Below, one piece after another: positions 24,467-37,789 of a DNA stretch of 64,000 bases; positions within the stretch are counted from its first letter, which is position 1; each line of letters opens with the position of its first letter. The stretch lies in contig JBHGNT010000013.1 of the NCBI GenBank assembly GCA_043228905.1, forward strand, positions 8,928,001 to 8,992,000, written 5' to 3'. The notes below the pieces were generated by a model. The model saw only the letters and a program-made list of their open reading frames with translations, did not search any database and was not told the DNA's origin. This DNA is from Azolla caroliniana. Lineage: Eukaryota > Plantae > Polypodiophyta. Position numbers and translations under genes: made by a program.

Positions 24467-24756
24467 CGTATAGGTATACGGGAGGGTTAAGTGTAATGTG
24501 AAAGGTGTAATGTGGAATATGAAATGTGAATGTGTGAGTGTGTGAGTGTTAGGTGAGGTAAGTAGGTGTACCTACGTCCATTCGGCTTTTTGTAAAGATC
24601 TTATATAAACCCTCACTCATGGGGCATGAAAATAGGGAATATTGAAGTTACCCACAAACTGTGTCTGTCTTGATTCTCTCTCTCTCTCTCTCTCATTCGT
24701 TCTCTCTGTGCATCTCATCTCTCCCTCTCTCCTCTCACACTCGAACCCCCTTGGGA
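24467..24756. repeat. Inverted copy of family D LTR (pairs with 26858-27164)
   Basis: About 290-bp near-perfect inverted repeat including a (CT)n/(GA)n tract. Confidence 0.85.
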
Positions 24757-26916
24757 ACGAATATTAATAGCTACCCTTATGTTTTTTTGTTTTAAATTTC
24801 TTCAGTTTGGTTTTTGAAATTTTCCATCGTGCCATCAAACTTCTGAAATTCTCGGTGATGCCCTTCCCTTTCTCTTCTTCTTTTCGGTTTCTTCATTCTT
24901 TCCTCTTTGCTCTTCTTTCTTCTCCTTCTCCCTTAGTTTTCTTGGTTCAGTCATCTCCTGCTCCATCCGGGCTGTCTCAATCGAATGTCTGTTTGTCTCT
25001 CTATGTAGGTCCTTTCTTCTTCTTCATCGTCTTTCTGATGCTCTATCTTCGTTTTCCTTTCCTTCGTCTCTTGTTGTGTGTTGTTGTTCTCTGTTTCGTT
25101 TGTCTTCGTGTTTTCATCTGCTTATAGCAACCACTACAGCTTCCATGGCTCCACTTCTTCTTCCTCTTCTTGTTCTTGATTCTTTACTTCTTTTTGGCAA
25201 AATCCTTCTTTTTGGCAAAATCCTTCTTTTTGGTGGTTGTCAACCTGATTTTCTGTTCATCAGCCAGCTGGCCGGTTGTCCGTGGCCTGTCTGTCGACTT
25301 TCTTTGTTTGATGGCCCCCATCGTCTGTTTGGCTGTCGCCTTTCTCGGTAGTAGCCGTCCACGGTCGTCGCTTGGCTCTCGGCTATCTTGGCAACCGTGC
25401 TAGTGCTTGGCCGATTGTCCCTCGGCCGCTCTTGTTGGGCCGTCTCTCGGCCTATTCTCGGTGCTCGGCTGTCGCTCTTGGCCATATATTGGTTGACACT
25501 CGACCGTTGCTCGGCTTCTTGGCCGCTTTCACCGCCATGCTTGGGCCGACTCTCTGCTTCTCGGCCATGGCTTCTTGGCCCTCTCGCAGCCGTGTCTTGG
25601 CCATATCACGGCCATTTATTTGCCGTGCTGTACTCTCGGCCGTCGCTGTCTGCCTTTCTCTGACGTCACTTGGCCAACTCTCGCAGGGTTCTCGGCCGTC
25701 ATTTGGCCGACTCTTGGCCACGTTTCTCAGCCGTACTCTCGGTTTGTCTCGTCCGTCACGCAGGGTCTCTCGCTTGGCCATCACTCGGTCGGTTCAGCCG
25801 CTACTATTCGACGGGCTCGGCCGGTTCTCTGTTTGGCTGTGACTTTCCGGCCACTTACGGGACTTTGGCCATACTCTCCGCCACTGTCCGGCCTTCTCGC
25901 GGTCGTGGTTTGGCTTCGGCTTCTCAGCCGCTTTCTCGGCTACGTCCTAGCCGTCAGTCGACCATATCTCGTAGCGATGCGCAGATGGCTCTCCGTCGTT
26001 TCTTGGCAGCTGCTTGGCCACGTCTGAACTGAAGTTCGGCTCTCAGCCGCATCTCGACCCTCTCTTTTAGTTGGTCTGGGTTTATTTGTGTCCGGTTGAC
26101 TGTCGGACGCCGATCATCTTTGTCCGTCGAACCATCTGTAGGGCCAGCCCTATCTGGTCGGCTGTCTCGGCCAAATTCTCTGGTTGTCTCAGTTGGCTTG
26201 AACTCTTCTTAGCTGCTTTCCAGGCCATCTCTCAGCCAACACTTCCTCAGTCGGCTCTTGGATTACGTTTCTGTTTTGTTCCCTTTCTCTTTTGCTTCCT
26301 CATATTCTTCCAACATGCTCCTAAGTCCATTTTTCATGAGTTGGAAAAGAACATAATACTTCCTCTTCACGACCTTCACTTCTCCATTGCTATTCACTCC
26401 CATGACTGTGTCTAGCTTCCTTTTGAAAGCCTCCATGTTTAACTTGGAGCTCCACAGTACGGAGAGAAGGCCGAAGATGCACACATACAACATAGACAAA
26501 CACCTAGAGACGTAGAGAGCTAAACACATAGAGACGAACTCTGGGGTAGCTAGGGTTTTTTTGCAGAGAGAGTAACAAAATGGGGAAATGGGGATTGAAA
26601 GGCCCTGTCCATCAGGCCTTAGATACATTAGAAATAAAAGCAAGAGAAATCTCCATTCCCATCGCAGATTGGCTCTCAATAGAGAGTCCATATACACCAC
26701 TTTTTAACACAAAGACACAAACATGCAGTGAAGGAGACAGAGAGATTAGTGATGGAGAGGGAAAAGGAGAGATAGACTTCTTCTCAAGAGGGGTAGGCCG
26801 TAGGGCGTGCCATGTGTTTATGGGTGGGGGGTGGAGCCAAGATCGGCTCCACCCCCCTCCCAAGGGGGTTCGAGTGTGAGAGGAGAGAGGGAGAGATGAG
26901 ATGCACAGAGAGAACG

Positions 26917-26959
<43 letters not shown>

Positions 26960-27172
26960 CAAGACAGACACAGTATGTGGGTAACTTCAATATTCCCTAT
27001 TTTCATGCCCCATGAGTCAGGATTTATATAAGATCTTTACAAAAAGCTGAATGGACGTAGGTACACCTACTTACCTCACCTAACACTCACACACTCACAC
27101 ATTCACATTTCATATTCCACATTACACCTTTCACATTACACTTAACCCTCCCATATACCTATACGGGTAACA
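24757..27172. mobile_element. Non-autonomous LTR element fragment (family D) with low-complexity CTCGGC-rich interior and LTR 26815-27172
   Basis: GGGCGTGCCA-TG-TGTTTA...ACGGGTAACA; LTR end shared with family C; no pol motifs; orientation ambiguous. Confidence 0.55.
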
Positions 27173-27725
27173 CCACCCCCCACCCATAAACAAAAACTTT
27201 ATCTCCTTCGAGAAGTGTTTGGTCGGTTCTCGGGAGACGGTTGTACATTTGGTCAAATTCGGTGTACACTCCCGATGTGTTCATGTTCTTCCCCTTCTTC
27301 TCGATCCACTTCATCAACGTATGACGAGTCATCCTCGACGCATTTTCAAGCATATATTCAGCCAAAAGCGCCCTTTCAAATCCCACCCATGTTATTTGGG
27401 TGGCTTGAATCTCCCTTATACGGCCTTATAACCCAATAGTTACGACACACTTGAAGCTTGATATTTGCTTCTCTTCGATGACATCACGTTGTTGGATCTC
27501 CGTCTTGTATGTAGTAGGAAAATCCGTAATGTTTCTTCCACCAAATTGGCCCGTTATCTCAATGGTTCGGTCGATGGCCTTGTCTAAACTTGCATCATTA
27601 TCTCGAGCTCTCATCATATGCGCGACAATAGCCACCAACTTTGCCACTTCATCAGCTTGGGTGTTTGACGAAGAAGCCATCTTCTAATCTTCTATTTCAA
27701 GCACTTGATCCTTCCTACCGCCTCT

Positions 27726-27742
27726 TCACGTCGGGTTCACCA
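27726..27742 (-). promoter_or_regulatory. PBS, tRNA-Trp
   Basis: TGGTGAACCCGACGTGA on minus, complementary to the plant tRNA-Trp 3' end; followed by gag start 27680. Confidence 0.85.
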
Positions 27743-27750
27743 CTTAATTA

Positions 27751-28777
27751 TGTCGTGAAAATCCGTCACTATGTGCGGATCACGAAGCAGAACCGCCAGG
27801 GTTATGGACGGGAAGGAAATAGGGCTCACACGCACAACACAAGCAAGACTTACACAAACAAGGCACGAGTATTCGTACGTGTTTGTGAAAAGGAGAGGTT
27901 CATGGGCAAGCCCGAATCAACCCCTAGTCACAAGGCGAACGAATGCACGTGAGGAAGACTTACACATGAACACACAAGGAAAAGGCTTACTTACACACAT
28001 GAGAGACAGAGTTTCGAATGCCTTTGTGAAAACAGAGGTGCATGGGCAAGCCCGAATGCTCCCTTGTTACAAGACACGTAAACACACAAGGGAAAGGCTT
28101 ACTTACACACACGAGAGACATAGTTTCGAATGCCTTTGTGAAAAGAGAAGTGCATGGGCAAGCCCGAACGCTCCCTTGTTACAAGACACGCGAACACACA
28201 AGCAAGGTTTACACATGTTACAATGGGTTGGATGCGAATATGACGGATTGTATATAAATGAATGGGGGAAGAGAGGTGGAGGAAAGAAGAGAGTGGAGTA
28301 TAGAAGGAGTTTCTTTGTTGATGATGCCTCTCGATGTTGTTTATCCTTCTTCTTCCGCTTTCCAATTGAGTAGAGCTTCTGCGTACCTTTTCCCTCCCCC
28401 CTCTCTTCACTAGAATAGGCTCTTATTTATATGTTTAGGATTGCTTGCCTTTTTACCCTAAAAAAATCTTGTCTATATGAGTCAACTTTTCTTTTCCTCA
28501 CTATTTTTGTTTTCGAGGCTCAAATTTCACATGCAAGATATTCTTGGAAATCTTTTTAGGTTAACTTTCTTATGCATATTTTCTTTTCTAATTTGGACAT
28601 CTGATGAGGAAATTATGAGCTTTTTTCTCTACTGTGCTCCTCATATCCATGCGTGTTTTCTTTTTTTCTCCCCATCTTTTTGTCTACTTTTGAAAACCGC
28701 TTCTAACTTTTATTTGGACTACTATTTTATTCTCTTTTGAGGGTGGTTTCACACTATGTGTCGAAAACATCATGACA
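27751..28777 (-). repeat. 5' LTR with internal tandem repeats at about 27830-28215
   Basis: TGTCGTGA...TCATGACA termini; repeated CATGGGCAAGCCCGAA units. Confidence 0.85.
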
Positions 28778-29659
28778 ATGGTCTACCTCAAAACAACAAA
28801 ATGGCGACCCCTCACTGCCTTTTATAGTGGTAAGGGGCATGGTTGTAACATACGTAGCATACCGTACACGTACAATACGTATGCTACGTATTTTATAAGT
28901 ATTCTAAATTTTTTTGATAAGTTCTTAGAATACGTATTTAAAGGTAAAATACGTTGAATACGTTGAGTACGTTTTGAATACGTTGAATACATCGAATACT
29001 TGAACACCATTGATGTTGAATGCAAAGATACTTGGAATTGGAATACTATATAGTAAATACCAATTATCTTTATTGCCCATGGATAAATGGTGTTTCAATA
29101 TTTACATAATTATTTTCTTTTTCTCTACTAAAAAACCCCTAGAAAATTAAATTTTAAATTATTTACAAATTTAGGCCTAGAAAAAATGACAGTTCCAAAC
29201 GGTTGAATACGTTTAGAATACGTCTGGGTATTCTAAAACGTACTCTATCTATAAAGTACGCCTTTTTTAACAACAATGGTACGGGGTGAGGCACATTACA
29301 AAAAGAGAGGCCAAATATCCCTTTCTTTCAATGGGGATATTTGCCTTGATCTTAAGCGAAGAGATTGATGGGGCCTTAACTCCCTCTCCTCAAAACACAT
29401 TATGCCCACTACCCAGTACACTTGTACTTAATGTACTCCCAATTAGTCTACATGTGCATGTGCACATAAGTGCACATCACATTTACACTTTATGATTTTT
29501 TTGTAGTGCACTTTTAACACCCTACATTTTACCCTTCCTTTTTACATTTGGTTTCTTATTCTTATTTTACAATTCTATCAAGTGCATGTGCAATGTTGCA
29601 CACCCCCATTTTATTCATCCCACTCGGTTTTCTCACTATGGCCGAAAATCCTCACGACA
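28778..29659 (-). repeat. Partial family A-type LTR
   Basis: Minus strand begins TGTCGTGAGGATTTTCGGCCATAGTGAGAAA, like the LTR starts at 3219 and 59742. Confidence 0.65.
28838..29278. mobile_element. hAT-like MITE
   Basis: Imperfect TIRs CATGGTTGTAA / TAACAACAATG, 8-bp TSD GTAAGGGG/GTACGGGG, subterminal ATACGT repeats. Confidence 0.7.
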
Positions 29660-32157
29660 TTGGCATGACCCTGGAGAGACCAACGACGAGATGACACACA
29701 AAGCATCTTCCGGGTAGCTTTGCCACGTTTGAAGCCTTGTGAGATAAATTTCCGCGATTGTTTAACCGACAGGTGGAGCAACGGGAGCTTGTTGGACAAT
29801 TGTATGCGGTATATCAGGAACCAAATGAGAAAATCTCACAATTCATCATCCGATTCTTGACACTGCTTAGTCAACTTACAAGGGCACCTCTGGAGGATGA
29901 GGCAAAAGCAATCTTTTTGGCCGCCCTCCGAGTGCCGCTCCGGGTGCCGCTCTGGACAATGCTATTAGTGCTAGACTTTAGGACTAGCACCATGGATGAA
30001 GTCATTGATCGAATGCGGGAAATGGATAAAGAACAAAACAATAATTACATGGCGATTGGGGCCCTACAACGAGTGTTGCCTAGAGAAGAAGACCTGCGAT
30101 TTCGACAGACAGTGGAGTGCACATAATGCCTCAACCCTTGCCACTCCACAGTGGAATGTACAATGCGGACACAATGCATGCTGTGTCACTCCTGGTCACA
30201 CACCATGGAGTGGTGTGAGTACAATCTATTAAATTGGCAAGCAGCACCGGTCCGACATATTGAGCCCTAGGGTGAGCAACGACCAGATGAGGACTGGTTT
30301 CAAGAAGATGATCGATATCGATCAAAACGCGGTTATCGCTATAATGACAAACGGCGAGAAGATTATGACCGGGGCCGATACGAAAGGGATTACTCTCTGG
30401 ATTATGACCGATGAAGAGACAAAAGAAGATTTTCGGAACGACGAGCGTACCCAAACTAGGACAGATGAGGATACCGCAATAATTGACGACACCTGAATAA
30501 CTGTAGAGGAAATTTTCGACGAGATGAGCATCGAGAGACGATCCGGGAATACCGACGAGAACTAGATACAAATTCATCCGCACCACAACCGGAGCAACGG
30601 AGGTCGGAAGATACCAACGGGATGAATTTTGGTATCCGGTCGGGAAACGCAGAAAAAGGGGAAATGAGTGGTAATTGGAAACTATATAGTTATTATTGTT
30701 GACAAGAAGGCCATTACAGTAGCAATTGCTTGAGAAAAGCCAAAGAGAAATAACTGGTAGTTAACATGGTGACCGCCGAAGTAATGGATGTACAAAAAGT
30801 CACCACTCGATTAAAAGGAAAGGTTGCGGAATGGGAAACTCAAGAGGCAATCCGGAAGCAGGCTACATAGTGGATACAAAAGGCTAATGAACGGAACATG
30901 GCCGAAGTGAAAGAACAGATCAAGTTCCCAGAAGCACCAATTGAGAGTAGGGACAACGACTCCTCCTAGCAAGCTTTGCAACAACGTTAGATTGCTGCCA
31001 CTGGGCCGACTTTTGCAATTGGTTCCCTGATTTACGGAAGGGTTAAAGTCGGCGTTATCACCACACAATTTGGAGCTGACACCGGCATTCTTCTCAAATC
31101 GGGGAGAAAGGACCGGGCAGTGGTAGACACAAGTAGTCCGGTAGTAACGGTCATCGTCAAGGGAAGTGAGGTACTAGGAACGATCATTGACGGAGGATTT
31201 GGTGTGAATGTAATCAACTTACGAACTTCAGAAACACTAGGCATCAAAGAATGGGAACCGTGCCCATTCTGGCTACGTATGGCATATACTAGTTTGGTCT
31301 GACCAATTGAACTCATCCGAAACCTAGACATCACGATCAGAGGTCATGCATTCCGCTATTTCCACCATGGTATTATTGGGAAGTCCATGGTTGAAAACAA
31401 CACACATTAAGCAGAATTGCGAGAAGAATGTGATAACCTTCAGATGAGGGAAAACTAAGGTCGGAGTACCAACCCAGGAATGGGCCGCTACATGCAAGCA
31501 ACTAACACCGCTATATGCTGAAAGAATCAATATGCTAGACACATTGACAGATGACGAAACTGACCAGTACTTAGATGAACATCCCAAGATCGTATCACTT
31601 TTCAAGGTAGATGTAGCAAATGTCGTCACGTCTTACATTACACACTGGGAGGACGAATTCGATGAGCCGAATCGGGAGGCGATCCGGAAACTTCGGCAAG
31701 CGCAGGAATCGTTAGAGCGAGAGATGGCCGTATCCCAACGAGTAAAGGCATCAAAACTGGAAGAGGTCGACCTCAGGACAATGGAGGTGCCCAGACCAGT
31801 CAATGTGGCGAAGGAAATGTCACCTAACAAAAAAACGGCAATGATTGAATTATTGAAAGAATTCAGGGATGTCTTTGCATGGCCCTATGAAGATATGCGG
31901 GGGTTGGACCCGAACCTGTATCAACATCAGATCCACCTCAGTAGAGATGCTAAATCGGTAGCGCAGAGATGTTACTAGATGAACCCGAACTATGTGCTGA
32001 AGGTAAACGAAGAGATTGACAAGTTGCTCACAGTGGGTTTTACCCGGCCAATGAAGCAAGCAACGTGGTTAAGTCCGATAGTCATCGTACCAAAGAAGAA
32101 CGGGAAAATCCGGGTCTATGTTGACTAACGAAAACTCAACGCAGCCACGGTGACAGA
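29660..32157 (+). pseudogene. Degenerate family C gag-protease-RT start
   Basis: Gag 29758..30126 with following Cys/His knuckles; TIIDGGFGVNVI protease; FRDVFAW...; WLSPIVIVPKKNGKIRV. Confidence 0.8.
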
Positions 32158-32337
32158 TAGGGATCGACAACGATTCGGCTCAAGCCTAAACCATTGAGCT
32201 AAACCGGTTTTAAACGGCTTAGCGGCTCGACTCGGTTTAGCTCAGGTTTGAGCTTGACTAAATGGTTTGAGCTCAGTTCGGCTTGGCTTGAGCCTTGCCA
32301 AACCGGCTCAAACCAGTTACGCTGGTTAAGCCATTTA
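32158..32337. mobile_element. One end of a hAT-like MITE
   Basis: TAGGGATCGACAACG start that interrupts RT, followed by dense GGCTC/AAACC subterminal motifs; other end not seen. Confidence 0.5.
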
Positions 32338-35300
32338 TGTAGTTTAGTAGTTAGGTGAATGAAAAGTTAATATGCGAAAGATTTGACAAACCTGTTCATC
32401 CGGATAGCAATAGAGAGAGTACAGGTTTAATGGAAACCTTACAAGACACAGATAGAGAGTGTGAGAGAGCAGAATAGCATAAACTATATTAAAAAAATAA
32501 TACTTTGTACATAGGATGTGCTCAGTGAGCACTTTTTATACAAGTCCACAAGGGATTGATAGAAGTACTATGTACTTCAATGCTCATACGTGCGGCTGAC
32601 ACTAACTATGAGGACCATGACTTCCTAGTAGTCTAGAAGCGTAGACCTCTAAATGGCCTACTAGTACACACGTGCGTTCGGATCTCCGATCCGGCTCTTG
32701 GTTCAAGATACTATTCGGACACTGATCCCGATACGATCCGGTTTTGGTTTATCTAGCTGATCTGGTTCCGGTTGAGCTTGCTCACTCAACACTCCCCCTC
32801 AAGCTCAACTTGAGGTTCGATTGTGGTGTTAGTGACTTGGGCTATGTGTTCTTTCGTCAGGCTCCTTCTAACATCCTCCTGCCTCGCTCGCGCTCCTTGT
32901 CTGGTCCGGTTCCTCTTTCCGCGACCCTTTTGGTTCTGCGCTCCTCAACCTCCTCGGTCGGCTTGTTTGCTCAACAAGCCCATCTAAGCTTCTTCGTTGC
33001 TGCGACTCCGGCCCCGTCTTCGCTACTCTCTAGTTTGCTTGGCCTTCAACAGATTCGGCTCTTCCGAATCAAATTGTTGAACCGAATTGGTTGTCTCCGA
33101 TTCGTTCAAGCTCTTGTCTGAGTTGGTAGTTTCAAACTCGTCTTCCGTTTTCAGGTCCTTCACAACATCAGAACATGTACAGGTCTTGGCCTTCTTCTTC
33201 TGGTTAGCTTTGTCTCTCTTGACTCTGCTACCGTCACCGCTTTCTCCGACTTGTCCAAATGTGCCGACTCCTTCGGTCGACTCGGCTTCCTTTTTCTTCT
33301 TTTCTCCCCCTGTCTTGGTTCTCTCTCTCTCTCTGGCTCCTGGTCCGGTGCCATTACCTGTCTCCATTCTCCCCGTCAAGTGCGGCATGTCGAGATGCTG
33401 GAGATTGAGCATCTCTGAGAAGTGTTGCAACTTGTATGATCTGAGAAGCTTGGTGAATATGTCAGTAACCTGCCGATTCGTGTGAACATACCAAAGTTCA
33501 ACTTCAGTGTTGAGGACCCGCTCACGCACAAAGTGATAATGTATTTCATTGTGCTTTGTCTGAGCATGAAATACAGGGTTCTTAACGAGCTGTATGTGGC
33601 TTACGTTGTCACAATAGATCAGGATCAAGGTCAGTACCTCGATCCGGAGGTCTTGCAGCAACCGCTGAAGCCATATAGCTTCACAGATGGCAATGGTAGC
33701 ACACTATTACTCAGTCCTAGTCCTCAATAGGGCCACTTTCGGCTGCTCCACGCTATAACCGCGCTACCTAGAGAGAACATGAATCCGGAGGTGGACCGTT
33801 AATCCGACACATCTCTGGTCTAGTCAACATCTTTATATCCGATTAGCTTTACAGCTATACCGTGTCGGTATAACAATCCCTTGTCCTTAGTGCCGCCAAC
33901 ATACCGGACTATCCGGTGTGCGCACTAAAGATGCTCCATAGCCGACTTCTACATAAACTGACTGATCACTCCGACGATTTGCTGATGTTAGGTTGGAGAG
34001 ATATATCAAGCTTCCGACGATTTGTCAGAACCGTGTCTCGTTGGAGGCCGCTCCGGAGTTGGGACGAAGCTTTAGATTCCAGTCTAGGGTGTGGAGATCG
34101 GTTGGCAATCCGTCATGCCGAACTTGTACAACATATTCAACACATAATGTCATTGTGAGAGCAATATGCCGTCGGGGTTATGGATCACCTCGATCCTGAG
34201 AAAATAATGAAGGTCCCCCAGGTCCTTCATTTCAAATGCGTCTGATAGATGGGACTTCACTTGACCGACTTCATTGAGCCCGGGTCTAGTGATCACTAGA
34301 TGATCTACATATAACAGGATATATACCGAACCATCTAGACTTTTCCTGATGAACAATGAAGAGTTGGATTTTCAGGTTGCAAACCCCATCTTATGCAACT
34401 GGTGCGTGATTTTTGCATTCCAAGCTTGGGGGGCTTGCTTCAGACCGTAAACAGACTTCTTGAGTCGGCACACTGCCGACTTGTTCATTTCTGATTGAAA
34501 TCCGGGGGGTTGGATCATATAGGCCCGTTCTTCAAGATCACCTTGAAGAAACACATTCTTCACATCCATTTGGTGAAGATGACACCCCCTTGCCGCAACG
34601 ACGGCCAGAATCACATGGACTGTTGTCATCTTCATTACCGGAGCGAAGGTCTCGTCGTAGTCGATTTCGTGGGTCTGCGCATATCCCTTCACCACTAACC
34701 GGTTGACCGAACTGTCAAGATTATACTTGACTTTGTACACCCACTTGCAATCGATCGGTTTGCAATGACGGGGATGGTCAACCAGGTCCCATGTATCGTT
34801 GGCATCTAGTCCCCACATTTCTTTCTCCATTGTGGTATGCCAATTCACGTCCTTCGCTACTTCTGCGTAGCTCTTTGGCTCACACACTTCAGCCACTTTT
34901 GTCATGTATGCATAGTGATGTGCCATGTACTCATTATATCTGTACCTTTTGATAGGGTTCGTCTGGCGGGTCGATCAACGTAACTTCGCGTTCGCCGATT
35001 ACAAGGTTCTCTTGGCCGACTCAGACTTCGTTCCCGAAGGTCCGTCTTCATTCAGTCCGGAGTCGGATTCACTCCGATCCGACTCGTCTCTGCCAATGGC
35101 GTATTCCCCTTTTCCTTGCGTGTGAACCATCTCCTCGGTTCCTTATGCGGGGAGAGCACAACTAAGTCTTCGCTGCTCGCCGACTCATCATCTTGCTGGT
35201 CCTTTTGACTGAACGCTTCATTCGGCCCGCTCGGCCGAAATGAAATCAGACTCTCATCTAGAGTACCAAACTCTTCTTCTTCTTCTACCCAGATTGTTTC

Positions 35301-36851
35301 GGGCTCCCTGGCCTCATCCTCCGAAATTGGGTCGGTGTCGGACATCGGAGCCGGTAGAGAATACCATGATGCCGACTCATCAAATTCAACATTTCGGCAC
35401 ACTCTGACTGTCGTTGTCAGGGAATTATAGCACTTATACCCCTTCTACTCATGAGAGAAGCCGACTAGTATGCATTTCTCCGACTTTGGGTCCAGCTTCC
35501 TCCGCTTCTCATCCAGTACATGCACATAGACTATGCTGCCGAATATCCTAAGGTGCCTCAAGTTCGGCTTCTACTCGAAATACAGCTCTTGTGTTGACAC
35601 CTTATCCCCGATTTGGTTTTGAATGTAGATGGTCGTCCGGACCGCTTCGGCCCAGTAGAACTTGGGCACGCTCTTCTCTTCCAGCATTGCCCATGCCGCC
35701 TCCACAATTGACCGGTTCTTTCTTTCGGCCACACCATTTTGTTTCGGTGTGTATCTGCAACTGAATTCTCTCAGAATTCCCATTTGTTGCAGATAATTGT
35801 TGAATTGGCCGGAAAAGTATTCTTTTCCGCCATCCAATCGCAACCACTTGATCTTCCTTTCTGTTTCCCATTCTACTAAACTCTGCAAGTTTCGGAAACA
35901 ATCGAAAACTTCGTTTTTCTTTTCGATGAGGTAGATCCATGTGTGCCGACTGTAGTTGTCGATGAAGAAGACGAAATATCAGCTCCCGCCAAGACCAACG
36001 TTCCGTGCCGGTTCCCATACATTCGAATGTATTAGATCAAGCTTGTTACGGCCCCGGTTTCTTTCGATGGGGAATGGAAGCCGGTGTTGCTTCCCAAGCT
36101 AGCAAGCTTCACAAATTTGGGCCTTCCGGCCACTAAATTTCGGCAATCCGAAAACAACCTGTTTCGATTGTAGGTCTTGAAGCCTCTGATGGTTGATGTG
36201 GCCGATCTGCATCTACCACAAGTTGATATCTGATTCGACCTTCGGTCCTTTTGCGAACATAGTGGTGCCGATGTCATTGGTGTCGAGGATAAACATCCTC
36301 ATGTCCCTGCGCCCTTGCGCAATTATCTGGCCTTCTTCTTCGATGAAGCACCCGAGGTTCGTAAACCGCACCTACATCCCCTGATTGACAATCTGCCCGA
36401 CCGATATCAAGTTCTTTGTGATTGTTGGGAGATGAAGCACGTTCATAAGCTTCCCTTTTTGTCCTACATGACTCAAGGGAACTTCTCTGACATGCACGAT
36501 TGGGTGAGGAGTGTCTTCTCCGGTTTCGATAACTCCCGGTTGCTCCGGCTTTTCCAGAAATGAGAACCACTCTTCGTGGCTCGTCATGTGGTTAGACGCT
36601 CCGAAGTCAACATACCAGCCTTGCTCCGATTTGGAAGTGATCTTCTTCATCGAGTTCGTCTTGTGCTTCATCACAAAGGTGGGCCCTTTTTCGGCCTTAC
36701 CGGTTCCAGATCCTTCTGATCCTTCAGGGTAATGCGAGCTTTGCTGGTTCCCTTGTCCAACCTTGCTGGATCTAGATTTATCCGAATCGGCGTGCTTCTT
36801 CTAGCGCTCACTTTTCTGGTGGCCTTTCTTGCCATAGTACCAACATTCCGT
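32338..36851 (-). mobile_element. Degenerate Ty1/copia (Bryco/RLC5-like), gag knuckle through 3' LTR (32338-32791)
   Basis: WYVDFGASNHM, DGGKEY, NGVAERKNR, LHQMDVKN, YVDHL, QTKHNEIHYHF; PPT at 32792-32803. Confidence 0.85.
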
Positions 36852-37785
36852 TGTCATAGTGTATTTCGTACACTACGTGAAAAGCTTATAAAGTACCCGA
36901 TTCAATAAATATGAAGAAATAGAAGAAAATATTAAAAAATAAATCACATGCATAGGACAAGATTCGAACCTTGTAACTCCATGTAAACAAACTCGAACCT
37001 TACCATTATACTAAGACATCATAAATGTTAAAAAAGTAGATATCCCATATAGGAAGGTTACTTCATGCATATCTTCTAGGAAAAAGCTTTACTTAGAAGA
37101 AAACCGCATGATAGAAAAAAGCTACACATGCACATCTAACGTGCATAAACACTATAGTCGATAAAAAATGCATGAGGTTAAAAAAAGCATGTTAGAGAAA
37201 GCATATAGTCTATAGATAGAGAAAGCATGGAGTCCATAGTTAGAGAAAAAGCATGGATTGCTAAGAGTCTCTCATCACTATAAAAGGATGGGGAGCACAA
37301 TGTAATGGGGGGAGAGAAAATTATGGATGAAAAATCATTAGGGTTCAAAAATAATGATTAATAAAATAAACTATGCTTGTGGGATTCACAAGTTTTCTAT
37401 ATCTTTCTCTTCCAATCTATTCTAATTCATTATTAGGGTTTTAAATATTAATAAAATAAATAAACTATAATCGTGGGATTCACGAGGTTTCTATATCCTT
37501 CTCTTTCAATCTAATTCATATTCTTATCTTAATATTGATTAATCTAATACAATATAATTGTGGGATTCACAAGTTTCAATCTCTCTTTCTTATAATCTAT
37601 TCATATTCATTACTAAACTCGTCTCAAATTCTTCCTCCTCCTAGTCCAAAACCCCAATGATTCCCACCTGACTCATACAACGATCTGGCGTCGAAAGGCA
37701 CGACACATTTGGCGAACCCGACGTGAAAGCGAGTGGCAAGGAGATGGAGAATCAACAAGAGGCGATGACCATGATGACCCGATAG
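36852..37785 (+). mobile_element. Family A 5' LTR (36852-37705) + Trp PBS (37710-37726) + gag start, truncated
   Basis: TGTCAT...GGCACGACA, TGGCGAACCCGACGTGA, MENQQE start as at 53050. Confidence 0.85.
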
Positions 37786-37789
37786 TAAG

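Larger units (their letters stand above)
7644..28777 (-). mobile_element. Ty3/gypsy family A-type element on the minus strand hosting several nested insertions
   Basis: 5' LTR 27751-28777; truncated 3' LTR 7644-8260 closely matches about 28214-28777; PBS at 27726-27742; PPT at 8261-8274; gag split at an AAAAC TSD (EGDKV|LYFLKAVD). Confidence 0.85.

Noticed and set aside
25076-26415. Cluster of overlapping plus-strand ORFs
   Set aside because: Low-complexity, GC-rich CTCGGC sequence poor in stop codons; no recognisable protein motifs.
24467-27164. MULE/foldback DNA transposon with 290-bp TIRs
   Set aside because: No 9-bp TSD. The repeats are better explained as two oppositely oriented copies of one LTR, because the LTR terminus recurs at 27173-27192.
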